From assembly GCA_949358305.1 (NCBI GenBank), contig OX442314.1, positions 2,728,001 through 2,792,000 of the forward strand: 64,000 nt of DNA, read 5' to 3'. The stretch's first letter is position 1, and the number at the start of each line of letters is the position of its first letter. This DNA is from Strigamia acuminata (Eukaryota). The notes under the pieces are model-generated. The model searched no databases and was not told where the DNA came from. It saw nothing but the letters and a program-made list of their open reading frames with translations. Shown here one piece after another: positions 44,551 through 59,169 of the stretch. The position numbers and the translations under genes were made by a program.

Positions 44551-47500
44551 CTGGTAACTACTAAGTGAATGAATGATGACACCCTTCTCTTATTTTGCTT
44601 GATTACACTGTTCAGCCTGAATAATCTTTTCTTTTGGCCTACCTGATTGTCGAGTTAAAAAGGCAAATCGGATTGCAGATTGATGCACACGGATCTGTTT
44701 CGCAGGATTCTACAAAAAAGCAGTCAAACATGCAAAAGTACTTAAGCTTCGGTAGGCCTCCCTGCGGTAGTCATCATCTTTTCGTCGTATTTTGTAGCCA
44801 AACCTTATAATTCTACGATTTTGCTTGTCAGTAAAAAGCGGCTCGATCGATTTTTCATCATCGCTTAGCCAGGCAAATGGATTCACACAATTGAAAAAAT
44901 TTTCTATTAGTTGTCGCACAACTTCACTGATTATTATAAATGAGACTTTCGAAATATGAACGAATTCAGCTGCAGAGAGAGACAATTTAGAAAACATGAT
45001 ACCAATCTGTTGAAAGCTGCACCCTAATTGGCTAGATCCAACGACGAACGAATCGACCCTCGTCATTGGTCGACCAACTTATCACTTTCACGTGACGAAA
45101 GATGGCGCTGCCCCGAATTAGACGGTCATTTCATCTATTTACAAACATGGCGGACGAGGAGAAGAAACGAGACGAGCTGGGAAGAAAAAAAATTATATAC
45201 ATGCAGTAATTATCCATATATCTATTTGCTTACCTTTTGAAGAAGACGTTGTCGCTTCTCGGTTCGTTCGCTCTTTGTAGATTTTGTTAAGTGTTGGAAC
45301 TGTTAACATTATCAAAAAGTCTTTGATTTTTTTTTTCCCAATCTTGAAAATCCTTTTTCATCCATTTAAAAGTCATCCCACTCATGAAGTGAAATTGGGA
45401 TGTTAAACCTCCTACTGAATACAAACAACAAAATACCTGCTAATTCTGTTCCCTGGCGGCAAAGAAGTTTTCGATAAAACTTGAGCTCTGTGTAAAACTT
45501 CGTTTTTGTCTTCCACACAATTAAAAATTGTAATTGTAATTGTAATCCTGGCATTTAATTCTAGGCATTTGAACTATCTGTTTGACCTGTTCTTGCCTGC
45601 GATTGATGAAACTATAAGCACCCATATAATGTTGTGCAGTCTGCTACATGTCGCAGTGGTAAGCAAATGGAAATTCGTTTTCTCAAAATACGTTTCTGGG
45701 TCTGAGTACTGGCTTCTCAAGAATGGTGCTTCATTTTTACCTTTCCTCGCCTCATCAGTTCCATGACCATCTGTATTGCAGTTGTAGACTGGTCCTCATC
45801 CTCCAGGGCGCCGAGCAGTATCCACTGCTCTGCCGTACGCATAGCTCTTCTTGACTTGGGCGAACCTGCTCGAACCTATCCACTGCAGGGGTTATTGATG
45901 ACATATCCCTTCTTTGGTGTGTCAGTGGTAGTGACTCATTCACCATCCGTTTTCTAAGCTGGTTCACGAGCCTCACGAGAATACTTCTGGTCTTCTCATT
46001 ATTCCATTCGTACAATTCCACTCCTTTCTTGCGTAAGACAATTGCAGTCCTCCAAATCCTTGTGTTCACTTTAGCGACGCCCATTTTAGTTTTTCTACTT
46101 ATAAACTAAGCTATACTAACCTAAACTTAACCAACCTATACTAACCTATACTAATCTATACTAACCTGTACTAATCTATACTAACCTAAACTAACCTGTA
46201 CTAACTAAGCACCTTGCAGCTATGTTGCTAAAATGGGCGTTGCTACAGTGAACTAATCCGAAAATAACGCGTAGAAAATGCACCCCCTCCTTCCTTTGCC
46301 GTCCTTCCTTCTTAATATCCCTCTTCCCAATTCTCAATTATTTGCGAAGGTTCTTTGCATTCAGTTCGGACATTCCAGGCGAGTTTCATGCTGAATGAAA
46401 ATTTGAATTGAAATTGGGACTGCATAAATTCGTCCTTGTTTGAATATTTGGCTGATTTCGTTCACTGCTTTTAATTAACAATCACTTGGGAAGGATTCTC
46501 GTGACCTTGTCACCTTCCAATCCAATCCAATCCAATCCACACAGTGGCTTCTCCCACCATCAGCTCACAAACGTCATTCATCATTTACATAAACACTGCA
46601 ATTACGATTCGACGAAACAAAATTACTGTAATAAGATTCGATACTTATTTTCATTTTGGCTCTTGCCATGCGTGTTCACACTTGTTGAATTTTTTGGTGC
46701 CAATTCCAATTGTTTTTTTGGGAGCTGATGTTTTTTTTTCTTCCAATAGTTGAAGACACCCATTAAGATCCCCTCTAGTTGCATCAGGTTTGATCCGGAT
46801 AGCTTTACGCTTCATCTAACTTCTTAATATTTTTTTGCAAAAATGTTCATGATCTAGAATTGGAGATCGGTCTTCACAATGAGAAATTATTGTCTCTACA
46901 TCTTCTAAAAAATAAGAAATAAATGAAATTAGTTGAATTAATTTTGCTCTTGCTGAAACTTGCCCTTACTCTCAATCTCAAGACGGTGATGACATCTTCT
47001 CTGAGGAGACACACCTAGGATAATTTGTCTGTGCAAATTTAAAAAGCTCTGTGACCTATACTCTAAATTTGTAGGCTTCTTTGTAAATATTAGGCTTTTT
47101 TGTGGTTATAACACCCAATTTGCACAAGTTTTTATTATCTATCTATGTTTTAACATTTACAAATGAGCAAATAACCAGAGATTCCTTGTCAGTTTAGTTG
47201 TGTGACCCTCCTTACATCTACAGCTGACAGGTATTGTGAACACGGGTTAAACCAGCAACTCGCTTCAGAACTGATTGCTCCAAACCATCAAAGCCAATGC
47301 TGTAGTTGACCCTGCTGCAGGGACATCAAAAGGGAATCTTTATGTGTGAGGTTTTGGCCTAAAAGTGTTTTAGTGGTCAGAAAGGCTAGAAGTAACCTCT
47401 GATCATGTGACCAGAGGGACCAAACTATTGTGTGAATATTAATTCTAAGAGGAGGGAGGAAGATGAATGAGTCACTCAACAATGATATGTGCAAGAAACA

Positions 47501-49338
47501 ATTCGCGCATATATCATCAAGGATGGAAACAAAGATGAATTATAGAACAATGTGATGCGCATTGAGCTCATTTGCGCATACATTAAACAGAATAAATCAG
47601 TAGAAAGAAATAGGATAAACAAATGGGAAAAAGGATGAAATAAAAAGTAAGAAATGGAATAATTTGGGAAAAATTAAATGGGATGAAAACCATGCCCGTG
47701 ACAAACTTTACTTTCTTTTCCTTTTCTACATGGCATAAACACTCAAATAAATTCGTCTTTCTTTCCTTTCTTTCATTTATTTACATTTATTTTACACCAT
47801 TTTCTACACTCAAATTTAGTGTTTGAATGTTTGAATGTTTATATAATACACAGTGCTGCATCTAAAATAGGTACAAATCAATATTACTAACTTTATTAAT
47901 TTTTTATTAATTATTTGAAAAATACCTTTAAACAATTTGATTTTATAATGACTGTTCAAATCTCTAGCGTGTTTTAACACCTCATCTTGTTTTTTGACAA
48001 ATCGATACACTTCCAAAACAGCTTTGGTGTCTACTTCTACATTTTCAACTATTGGCATTTCACTAAACAAAAATTCACGACATTCTCCCGTTGTGAATTG
48101 TGTCCTGTTGTCGCTTTTTATGGTCAAATCGCAAATAAAATCACTTAAATTTAATTAAAACAAGTAAACATTTGTAATGCAGGGAAGCATTACTTATTAG
48201 ACTTCTAAACCGTCTCTCTGTCCCTAAATAAAACACCAAATATAAAAGAAAATAAAGTAATTAAATACAAAATAAAATTTTTGGCCAAAATAAAGCAACA
48301 ACAAACATTATTAAGAATGTTGTAAACAACACATGGCAACCATTGGCTGATTCGGGGGCCAAATAAATTCCATAAATTGTTACCCAAATATATTTTTAAA
48401 AAAATCAAATCAAAACTTTAATCAATGATTAATCATCAATAATTACAAAGATGTAAACTTACTAAATTATAGAAAATCGCCGAAAATATCTGTAATTTCC
48501 AGAAAAATTTCCATTTAAAGTCCACAGAAGTTCTGCGTTGTGACGATGATGGTGTTGATGGAGATTTGGATGGTTTCGTCAATGTGTAATTTATAAAATT
48601 GAGATTTGTTTCCAATGACAAACTTTTGGTTTACAATTTAAATTATTTTAGTCCCATATCGTCGCGAAAGGATCGATTTTTACTCTGTATCTTCTTCAGT
48701 TTCTTCACATTCAAATCGTGGACTTCACGTTCACATAAGGCTTTTGCAGCCTTAATCTTCTGGGCGTAATTTTTTACCGACGCTTTCACAGCCTGCTCGA
48801 ATTTTTGCCATTCAATTCTTTCTGCTTTATCTCTGATAGATAACAAATTAAATTTTAAAAAAATGGCCAAAAATCAGCCGGAATACTTACCTTGCAGGCG
48901 GTATCTTGTTCCACATAGCCGAACGAAAGTCAAACTTTTTGCTTGCCGCCATTCTGTGATATCAGTATGAAAAAAAAAAAATACAAAAAAGTCAGTCGCC
49001 AATACAATAACTCAATTTAGGCCTACCTAATGGAAAACTAAGACCATCTATTATGCCAAAAAAAAGAAAGAAAGAAAGAAAGAACGCTCGTGGTGTCAAA
49101 GCCATCTGGTGACGAAAGAAGACAGTTCACCGTGCGCAGCATCAAAACCAGCCGTCATTGTGGTCAGTCGCTATGGTTTCTGGTTTTGTTGATGTTTAAC
49201 GTTTTGCATGGGTAATTTTACCTCGAAACGATTCCAGACTCCCGTCGTTTCGTTACGCGACGACGAGTGAGTATTTGTGGGGTTTGGGTTGCACTGATGG
49301 AGATTTTTATTGTGTCCGTTCTAGGTTTACTTATGGGA

Positions 49339-49739
49339 ATGGGTCGGGAGGTTTTATTCGGACAAAAGGGTCTGCAGCGAGCCTGTACGACGCTTCACTT
49401 TGACGAATTCGTCGAAATGCAGCGCGCAGGTCATCACGTACGGCGCGACTGTCACGTCGCTCAAAGTGCCCGATGCGAACGACGACGTGGCCGATGTTGT
49501 GCTCGGTTTTGACAGCATTGATGGTAGGAATTGGTGAGATAAATTGATGAATGGATAATTTTTTGTTTTGATTTATTTGTTTAGAATATTATAAACAACC
49601 GTTTTATGTGGGCGCGACGGTCGGACGTGTGTGTAACCGAATCGCGCACGGACGTTTCGTGCTGAACAACAAGGGATATTTGCTCGCCATTAACAGCTCT
49701 CCGACCCATTTGCACGGCGGAATTCGAGGCTACGATAAA
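49339..49739 (+). pseudogene. GALM: Aldose 1-epimerase (galactose mutarotase) 5' fragment, two exons
   Basis: VRRFTLTN...VITYGATVTSLKVPD...DVVLGFDSID, a GT-AG intron at 49524-49584, then ...[15 protein letters not shown]...[17 protein letters not shown] followed by GT. There is a frameshift near the start and no downstream exons were recognised. Confidence 0.85.
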
Positions 49740-51707
49740 GTATATAGGTTTTTAGTAGACGTATACGTCGCAAAACTGCGGAAAACCGTCAAATTTGAAT
49801 TTCTCGTTTAAAATTCGGTTAATAAACTAATTTATGACTGAATTCAGGCCGAAGTTGAGCCGAAAAAGGAATTATATTCCGGGAACGGAAGGTGAGTTAA
49901 TGATTGACGAGTCGCAAAAGTTAACCAATCGCATTTCAACTCATTTGTCAGTTGTCCTCTATTCTCGAACGACGATGAACTGCATCGGCTGGAGGTGCAG
50001 GAGGGCGCCAAGAAGGCGAAGCAAGACTGCCTAGAAGACACACCCGGAAGCGCAGGCGTCGGAGCTGAGGAACGACTCGGCCAAAACGCCGTTCGCGGCC
50101 GTACACAGAGGGAACAGCAGCCGTACGCACGGGGCGCCATCACAGGCTTAACGAGCAAGGACAGATCGTCTTCTAGGAACCCCAACGAATGGCCGCCAAC
50201 AACAACGCCAACCGCTACATCTTTCCCAACCAGCAGCAGGGTGCCCTGCCTTTCAATTTGCCTTGGCCCTTTAATTTTTTGACCCCTTTCTTTGAAGACA
50301 ACCTGCGCAAGACCCCGATCCTTTTGGAATACCTGCGCCGAGACCTTGCCGTCGTCGTGCTCGTCGTTATTAATCTTTCTCTCTGCCACCAAAGGACGTT
50401 GTGGTCACGGAGGGGAATTGAACAAAAAGCAATAATTAATTATGATTATTTTTTATTGTTCTTTGAAATTGATTGGTGTCCGTGTATACTTGTATACAAA
50501 TAAAGAAAATCATTTTCTTATTATGTTTTTATTTGTTTTTCCATCTTTATAAAATTTACAAAATTGTTTCAAGAATTGTCGAGAATTCCTTCATATTTGA
50601 GGTGCCTCAAATTCAACGTTTTCTTTTCTATCAATTCGGAGGACAATCTTCCATTCATTCTTATGCTTATTTTGATCAGACGAAGCTAAAATTATTTTAA
50701 ATTAAAAATTGAAAACGTCCCCTTGAAACTTCTCTGTATCGCACAAGGAATAATGAAATGCGGGATGTTGGGCAGATGCGCAGGATTCACGCAAGATCCT
50801 TCCAGAGTGCGCGGTTAGTGACCATTCTGGAATTCTGATAGAAAAAAAATAATAGAAAAAGCAAAAGATCTGGATTTTGAAATCAGAACAAACCCGCATT
50901 CTATAGGAGATTTTCTGAAACTATCCGTCCAGTATGAGCGCAAAGCAGTGGCGGACTGGCAATAATAGGGCCAACTTGCCCAATAGCAAGTGGCACCTGA
51001 GTGCCCCTGACGAAGTAGGCCCCCTGAAACATTACACACCTTGAACATTAATACAAGTTCCAATATTATACGGAGTAGTTATTTTACAAAATCTTGCAAA
51101 ATCTCACGCGATCTCGTACTGGTACATCTGGAGAAATACACTTAAGTACCGCTAAAAAATTTCAGAAATTAGCACAAACTCAAATTCAGGATGAATGACT
51201 AGTGCAATCTAAACCAGGCGAACCTTGAATTAAATTTTAATTTAATTTGGCACAAACAGGAAATACACAAATAATTGAAACGCATTATTGCACCAATAAA
51301 AACAGAAAGTAAACCGTTTTGAATTTAAGAATACAAGCATATGCAAACAAATAACACGAATTGTTTTCTCTCGTGTTGGGTTAATAAATGTTTATTTAAA
51401 TCCTCACTTCGAGTCAAGAAGGAGGCACACAAATGGCAATTACATGGTTTTTCTATGGTGTGATGAATTTTTAAATAAATCTTCAAATTCCCATTTTGAT
51501 TGCAAGATAAAGCAAGAGTTTTTCGAGTTTTGCTTACCATAAAGTATTGGAAATGAAACGAGAAAATTATACAAACGCAGCAAGTAGCAGGTTTTGATTT
51601 GTGGATTAAACAAATTGAGGCAAAATTTTAAGTTAAAAACAAAACAAAATGTCATTTAAAATAAAATTAGAAATACAGAATTATGAACTTGATGAACAAT
51701 TTCATTT

Positions 51708-52477
51708 TTACTTTATATGCTTTGTTAAATGTTTTTTCAAAGTATCATTTTGACTACTAGAATAAGCACACAAATGGCACTTGAATGGTTTTTCTCCAGT
51801 ATGAGTTAATAAATGTTTTCTTAAATCCCCACTTTGAATACAGGAATAATCACACAAATGGCACTTGAATGGTTTTTCTCCAGTATGTGTTAATAAATGT
51901 CTTTTTAGAGTTCCACTTTCATTGCTGCAATAATCACATAAATGGCACTTGAAAGGTTTTTCTCCTGTATGGATTTATAAATGTCTTTTTAGATGTCCAC
52001 TTCCAATACAAGAATAAGCACACAAATGGCACTTGAATGGTTTTTCTCCCGTATGGATTAACAAATGTTTTCTTAAACTCCCACTTTGAATGCAGGAATA
52101 ATCACACAACTGGCACTTGAATGGTTTTTCTCCAGTATGAGTTAATAAATGTTTTCTTAAATCCCCACTTCCAATACAGGAATAAGCACACAAATGGCAC
52201 TTGAATGGTTTTTCTCCAGTGTGGGTTAATAGGTGTCTGTTTAAATGTTCACGACGACTCGAACAATAATCACACAAGTGGCACTCGAATGGTTTTTCTC
52301 CAGTATGAATTCTCATATGGACAATCATGCATTGTTTACCCGAAAGGAAAGTGAACATGTTTGACATTTGAAAGGCTTTTCACCAGTGTGTTTGAGCATG
52401 TGATGTTTCAAAAGACAATAATATGAACATGAATAGTCGCACAAATTGCAACTGTATTTTTGAACTTTTCTTTCCAT
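51708..52477 (-). pseudogene. Tandem C2H2 zinc-finger gene, inverted paralog of 2625-3481, disabled
   Basis: Starts MERKVQKYSCNLCDYSC. There is a 1-nt deletion near 52340 and a TAA at 51975. Confidence 0.85.
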
Positions 52478-54668
52478 TTTTGACTTTCAGTTGTTAGCAG
52501 ATGACTCCCGATGACGCGGAAATAAACTTGTTCTAAAATTAAAAAAAAGAAATTAATTCTTTAATTTGTTCCCCTGACTGCTCATCAACCCTAGCGCTAC
52601 TCTTCTGATCAATCTACTACCTTTACAAACATGTAACTGATTTTACCTTTAAAAATATACTTTATCAGGTCAGTAAAGATCTCTGATCACAAAGAATCCA
52701 GTCGGAATGAGTCCTGGTAGGTAAAAATCACAATCGAATGCAATTCGTCTGTTAGGCCTAACTTTTGTAGCCCTAGCAGGATTGCACTATACGTTTATAA
52801 ACTAGAAAATATAAAAATAAAACGCAGTTAAAAGAAAACCACAGATTAGTATCTCCTCCGCCTTCAACCATCATCTGCAAATCTTTCAAATTTTTCAAGT
52901 ATTTAGGAACTTTGATACCTTTAAGTCGTAATAGAAATGACGAACGAGAAAGTGAGATGTGAGGCGTGGTAAACAATGTCACAACAAACCCACACCCGAC
53001 GGCGCACACACAAACCCAATAAATAAGCACTCAGAGGATTAGTTTAGCGCATCTCAGCATTCTGGGTTTATTTTTTGCTCAGACCAGAGGTCCTGTCCAT
53101 TTATTGTTGAAGTACTTATAAAATGTCGAACCAAGAAGAGGAGACATGACCAATTATAGTTTTTTAGATGAAATAAAATTGCAGTTCTCCTTCCACCTTA
53201 TGTGAGAATGATTAGACAATCATTAGGTTTGGTTGTTGTAACCTATGTTAGGAGATGAAAAGTGCCTCTCGTGCTTTCCTGCAATATCGCCAGTAAGCCT
53301 TCCATAAGATAATTAAAATATATTTAGTTTAAAAATAATAAAAGCAAAAATTGTTTTTTTTCTTTCCTATTCTTCCTCTTTTTAATTTTTTTGTCAATTT
53401 TTTTATAAATTATTTTCGTAGTTAAAAAAAGAACTCTAATTGCTAGTTGTTTGGTTATGCACCACTAGATGGCGCCATCGATTTTAATACAGGCAGGATT
53501 TGTCTGAAGATTTATTTGTACAAGTTTTCGGTAAAAATACATTTAGTAGAAAAAAATTAAGCGACTGATATTGTCAATTGTTCAATGCTGAACTGCCTAA
53601 CCGCGGAAATAAAAGACAATAATTCGTATAAATTCTTTTGGAGCAATAGCGAAGCCGCGCGCGCATGTGACTTCACATTTTGCTCAGTGCTTGACGGCCC
53701 GTAACGATTACATCACATCCGGTTAATGGCGCGGCGTTCGTTGCTTGGACATTATCTCCTTCCATCCATTACTAACAAACCTAAAATAGTATTGAAGAGC
53801 AGTGAAGAACGATGTTCTGTTAAGGTATGTGACATTCTGCTCTGAAATTCCATTTTTAATTAGAGATTACGAAATATTATTCGCGATTGAATCGAACGAT
53901 GTGTAGCGTTGTGCTGGTTGAATTCCATATTAATGATTCGGACATTTGGTATTGTAAAACTGCTTTTTACTTATGAGTAGTATTTACTATGCTCCAATTT
54001 TCATTTGTTATATCCGAATCTGTTATAAATTCGAAGTTCGACCCAATTTTAAATGTTAAAAAGTCGTCACAAATTCTAGTCTAGAACTTCTAACACGCAA
54101 TTAATTGAGCATTCGCAACACGTTGAATTGTACGAATATTTAGCATCGCACGATGGTTGATTTTGTATCAATGATTTAGAAATTTGGTAAGACTGAATTC
54201 CATATCCGAGTGTAGTAAGGTATGTCTTGTCCATTCACAAATTTTTTAGCAAAAAAATATTTCACAAAATTTCTTTTAGAATGATGTCTTGTCTGCATAA
54301 AAACAGCACAAATTTATTTTTAATTTATTTCCCTGCGAATCAGGATTATTTCCTGTGGTTCTGATATTTTGCATGTGTGGTTGTGCTAATCACTGCATCA
54401 CTAATCACTTCATTTGACAGAATTCTTCTTGAGAATTAAGATGTGCATCTCAGAAGGTATGAAAATAATTTGAATTCATTCTACGTGCGAGGTTATCAAC
54501 TTAAAACTTCTTGCGCAAATTGCAAACTATTTAATGAGTTTGTGATTGTCGTTGCTCAAAACCTTTTTGGAGCTGGAGATGCTGTTCCAGGGGCCCTATG
54601 GTAGTCACTTGAGTCTTGTCATTGGTAGTATTTGACTGCCAGCTTGGCGCTCAACATTTCCTTGTGTA

Positions 54669-55859
54669 CAGGGCCGGTGCGAGGGGTGAGGCGGCGAGGC
54701 GGCCGCCTCAGGCGGCATATTTCTAGGGGCGGCATCTGTGGGCGCTCAAAATTTTTTTTTTTTAAAAATTAAAAAAAAAAAACCTGATTATACTTTGAAA
54801 AATTTATATTTTAAGATGTATCACACATTTTATGTTTATTAACATATTTTTATTTGTTTTTAATCATTTTCCACACATTTTCGCTTTTGTTGGATGTTTT
54901 TTCCACCCACATTCGCTCGTTTGGAATTATTTTCCACATATTTTCATTCGTTTTGAATTGTTTTCCACGTATTTTCGCTCTTATTGAATTGTTTTTTTTT
55001 ACGTTTTGAATGATTTTTCACTCATTTTTAATGATGTTTTCCACCTTTTCACCGGTGTTGAATTGTGCTACACACATTTCTACTCGTTTTAATTGTTTTT
55101 TTCACACAGTTTCAGTCATTTGCTGGTTTGTTTTTCGTATATTTTAAAAGTTTTGGTTTGGCCACTTAAGTCTTCGGATCAGTTATGGCCATGATGTCTT
55201 GATTCTGATCGTTGTAGGAGCTACTTTATGGTCTAAGTAAGCTCCGACGGCAACCAGAGAATCACATGTCATTGCCGTAACTGATATAAGAATAAAAAAT
55301 TTTCAAACCAAAACAATTAAAACGTACGAAAAACAAACCAAATGACTAAAACTGTGTGGAAAAAGCAATTAAAACGCGTCGAAACGTGTGTAACATAATT
55401 CCAAACTGGTGAAAAGGTGTGAAAAATCATTCAAAATGTGAAAAAACAATTCAATACAAGCGAAAATATGTGGAAAACATTTCAAAACGAACGAAAATGT
55501 GTGGAAAACAATTCAAAACGAGCGAATATGGGTGGAAAAAACATTCAACACAAGTGAAAATGTGTGGAAAAACATTTAACACCAGCGAAAAAATGTGGAA
55601 AATGATTAAAAACAAGTAAAAATATGTTAATAAACATTCAAAATGTTTGAAAATGTGTGATATATATATAAAATAAAATTTGTCAAAGTAAAAATCAGGT
55701 TTTATGTACATTATATTGACAACTCTATGCTGTTTGTTTGTTTATACCCCATAGCCTCGTTTTCAAACGGGTGTAATGTCACAAAAAAATTTTTACGGTT
55801 CAAAAGGGCGGCATATGCCTTGCTCGCCTCAGGTGCAAATATGTGTCGCACCGGCCCTG
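54669..55859. mobile_element. Non-autonomous hAT element (MITE)
   Basis: 14-bp TIRs CAGGGCCGGTGCGA and TCGCACCGGCCCTG. The 8-bp TSD CTTGTGTA is at 54661-54668 and 55860-55867. Confidence 0.92.
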
Positions 55860-58800
55860 CTTGTGTATAAATTATTTGTTAACATTTTAATATATTGGTT
55901 GTGGACAGTTATGCCCACCTTATCCATAAGGCCAACATTTTTCATGTTTTTCTGTACAGAAATTAATTGTGCCCACAACTTGTTGATTTATTTTGGCTGC
56001 TGGTGCTGGCTAATGTTGTCTAACTTAATTCGTTTGCATATTTTTTTTGTTTTAGCCCTAATGAATTTTTAATTCGTTAAGTCACAATTTTTATTTTTCA
56101 ATATCCACATTCAAACTTTCCTCACACTGAGTTGCAGCGCCGCTCTGGTGGCAACAACTTGCGATGCTTTCCCGTCGCATAGCAACGTTCGCGTGGTTTG
56201 TCTTCTTCATTCCATTTCTCTTTCTTCCGCTTCGTTGTTTCTCTCGAATTCGTGCATTTTTCGTTCTTATTTTTCACAACTGTCATCTGATTCATGTTGA
56301 ATTTTCTCATTCATCATCAAGGAACCGGATTAAGGTTGGATTGTGAGTTGATGGTTCGATTTTCGTTAATATTTTCCGACTTGTTCGTGTCTGGAACTGC
56401 GTTAGGGTTAGCATTTAGGGTTAGCATTTAGTGTTAGCAGCGATTTCATTCGTTTATTTATTTCTGGAAAGATCAAATCATTTGGTGTTGTAACATTCAC
56501 CAATGTGATTAAAATGTATAAACATAATGAATTCCAGATTTCGAGGGAAAAAATGTATATTTGTCATTTTCCAACTGATCAGATTCAATTCTTTCTAATT
56601 TTGGTTTTTCAATCGAATTATTCCTGTTTAATGAAGTATTGTTTTCTTATTTTGTTGTTGCCATTTGGTTGTGCCAAAATGCATATTTGCAACTTCCAGA
56701 ATTAATGTTGTGATTCTAAAGTAGGCTTAAATCAGGCTATTTGAAAGTGGGGTATAAAATCCAACTCCCTACCTCCTCGTGGTCACCCCTGGGTCAAGCT
56801 AAGAGAGAGAGCTGTGGTCATAATAGAGTTGGTACTGTAAGCCTGCACGCCATTTACTGTATGGGTGTAGCATTTACTAATTGTTATGCAATTTTGATGT
56901 CTGATCTGACTGCTTGCTTCGATATGTACAAGTAGGCATGCAGCTTTGATTGCTCAAACTAGTTGTTTGCACATTTGCCGCTTTTTCAAATTCCAATTGC
57001 TTAGCTTTATGATGCGAGTCAATCACATTTTTAATGGCGATATTAAGTCCTTCAACCACAAGAATCTATTTGAAACTTTCCTGTCTATGGATTCCATCGA
57101 TCTGGGTATTGCCACTGGCATCCACTTACTGCATACAATCTCAGACTCTTGAACTGTGGCCAATGGGAAAACTTAATATCCCAGCCGCCAATTGGAGGAG
57201 TGTCACACTATATTGAAACAGACTACACTTTCTTCTTCCGTTTTTGGCGATCTAGAATCTGAGCTTAACTCCAATTGCGCTAAGCCTATTTCGGTTTGAC
57301 CGTTGATGAAGTAACTTGCAATGGATGGTTCCTTCTGGGTTGTGACCCATACGCGCTTTTGAGAGCTTCACTCAACTATAGAATTACAGGACATTATAAA
57401 TTATTTTTAACTATTTCTGTCTCACTGGCTCGCTTCGCTATGTCGATAGGATCTCTTAGCAAAGATGTCTTCAAAAATAATTATTGTAACACTGCTATTC
57501 GCCGGCGAAACTGACCTCTAGTATTGTTTTCTTTGCTTAACAATGTCAAGGTTGATTAGAAAGGCATGCTAAAAGATGTTAATTAACGATTTTTATTGCT
57601 TTTTTTAATTTTAACAGTGAAATTTAATTGTAATAATTCCAACTTTTCTGAACGGATGTGGTGGCCTCTTCTTCGTAATTCTCATAGACGTTTCCGGCAC
57701 ACGTTGGACACAGGTTTGCCGAATTAAGGGTTTCCCATGCCCAAATGCAAATGAAGCGGATGAATGCCAAAATACCACCCTTAAAGCAGAAATTGGGGTG
57801 TAGTCTCTAATCTCTTTTACGCAAGAGGTAGCATTTACCAATTGTCATGAATTTTGCTGTTTTTCTTGTAATATTTGAAGAAACTGGCGTTTTTGGAGCG
57901 GCGAGTTGGATTGGTCTTTTGTCCTCGCCGCTCCAGTATTTTAATATGGCAGCCGTTAGACTTTCTTTTGTAATTTTGGACCAGCTGAAATGAATGTTTC
58001 TTTTCCTTCGAATGTACTTAAATAACATGGCTTCATTTCAAATTATAAAGGGTAAGGGACTCGTACTCATTTTGGCTTCCACGAGTTTGTTGATGGAGGT
58101 GGCAAACCTTTAACTTTCGTTGAGGTTGTGGTCTAATTTAAGTGATTTAAATTATCAAAATATCAAATACTTTTTTTTGCTGTGCTGCGGACAGGGGCTT
58201 GCCGGTGATGTTTGCAAACACATCTTATCCGTTGAGGTGGTGACCTAATTTAAACGACTAGTTTAATGTAATGAAAACAAATTATTAGGTGATTCGTACG
58301 CATTTTGTAATGTTTTGTTTTCTTTTGTTTTGTTCGTTTCGTTTTGGATGGGCAGGAGCCTGTTGCTGGAGGCCCCTTGCTCCTGTGCTCTCGCTTCCTT
58401 TTGCAGTTTGCAATATTTTAGAAATATTCAAGTATTTAAATGTTTAAAAATATTTTAGAAGGCTGAAGCTAATTTTAACTCTATTTTCTATTTACTTTTC
58501 CCACAAGTTTTTGTTTTCATTGCTGTGGGGTGATCTTTACAATATTGGTAGATGTTGTCCATTCTCTTCCTACCTTTCAATTTTCGGACATGAGGTTCTT
58601 TTGTACTGTTCAACTGACTTTGTACTTGAAACTGCTTGCTTCCATCAAAAACATCAAGAAAACTCTAAATAATCTGAAACAACTGAGAAACGTACACGAA
58701 GTCAACGGAGATCCTTCTTATCAAAATGTCAAGCAAGGACAAGTCCTAACAATCGTAGAATAATTGAAACCGTAAACTAATTATTGTAAATAAATCAATA

Positions 58801-59169
58801 CATAAGTTTATTCGGTTTCTACAACAACATACAAATACAATAACTGAAAACACAAATGTAAATGTAAATATAAATCATGTAATGGATTACTAGTACACTA
58901 TTCAAACTAACACGGCCGTGAAATAAAACGCTTTTGCCACTGGTGTGTCGCCCTCATATGTCTGCGGTTATAGTGGGTGTAGTCGTGGTGGTGATGGTCG
59001 ACTGAGGCGCCGGCCGCACGCTAGATCTTAAAACCGGTCCCTCTCGTCGCTGCCTGTCTCGATCAGCACGTTTTCTTTTTGTATCCTCCGAACAGTCCTC
59101 ATCCTTTATTCTTGGCTTGGGCATTGCTTTTTGAAGCACAGTCCGTTAAATCAACCCTGAAATAATAAT

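Noticed and set aside
53600..54460. Possible promoter and non-coding first exons (CpG-richer patch, GTATGT donors)
   Set aside because: No linked coding exon was identified, so it cannot be supported without transcript data.
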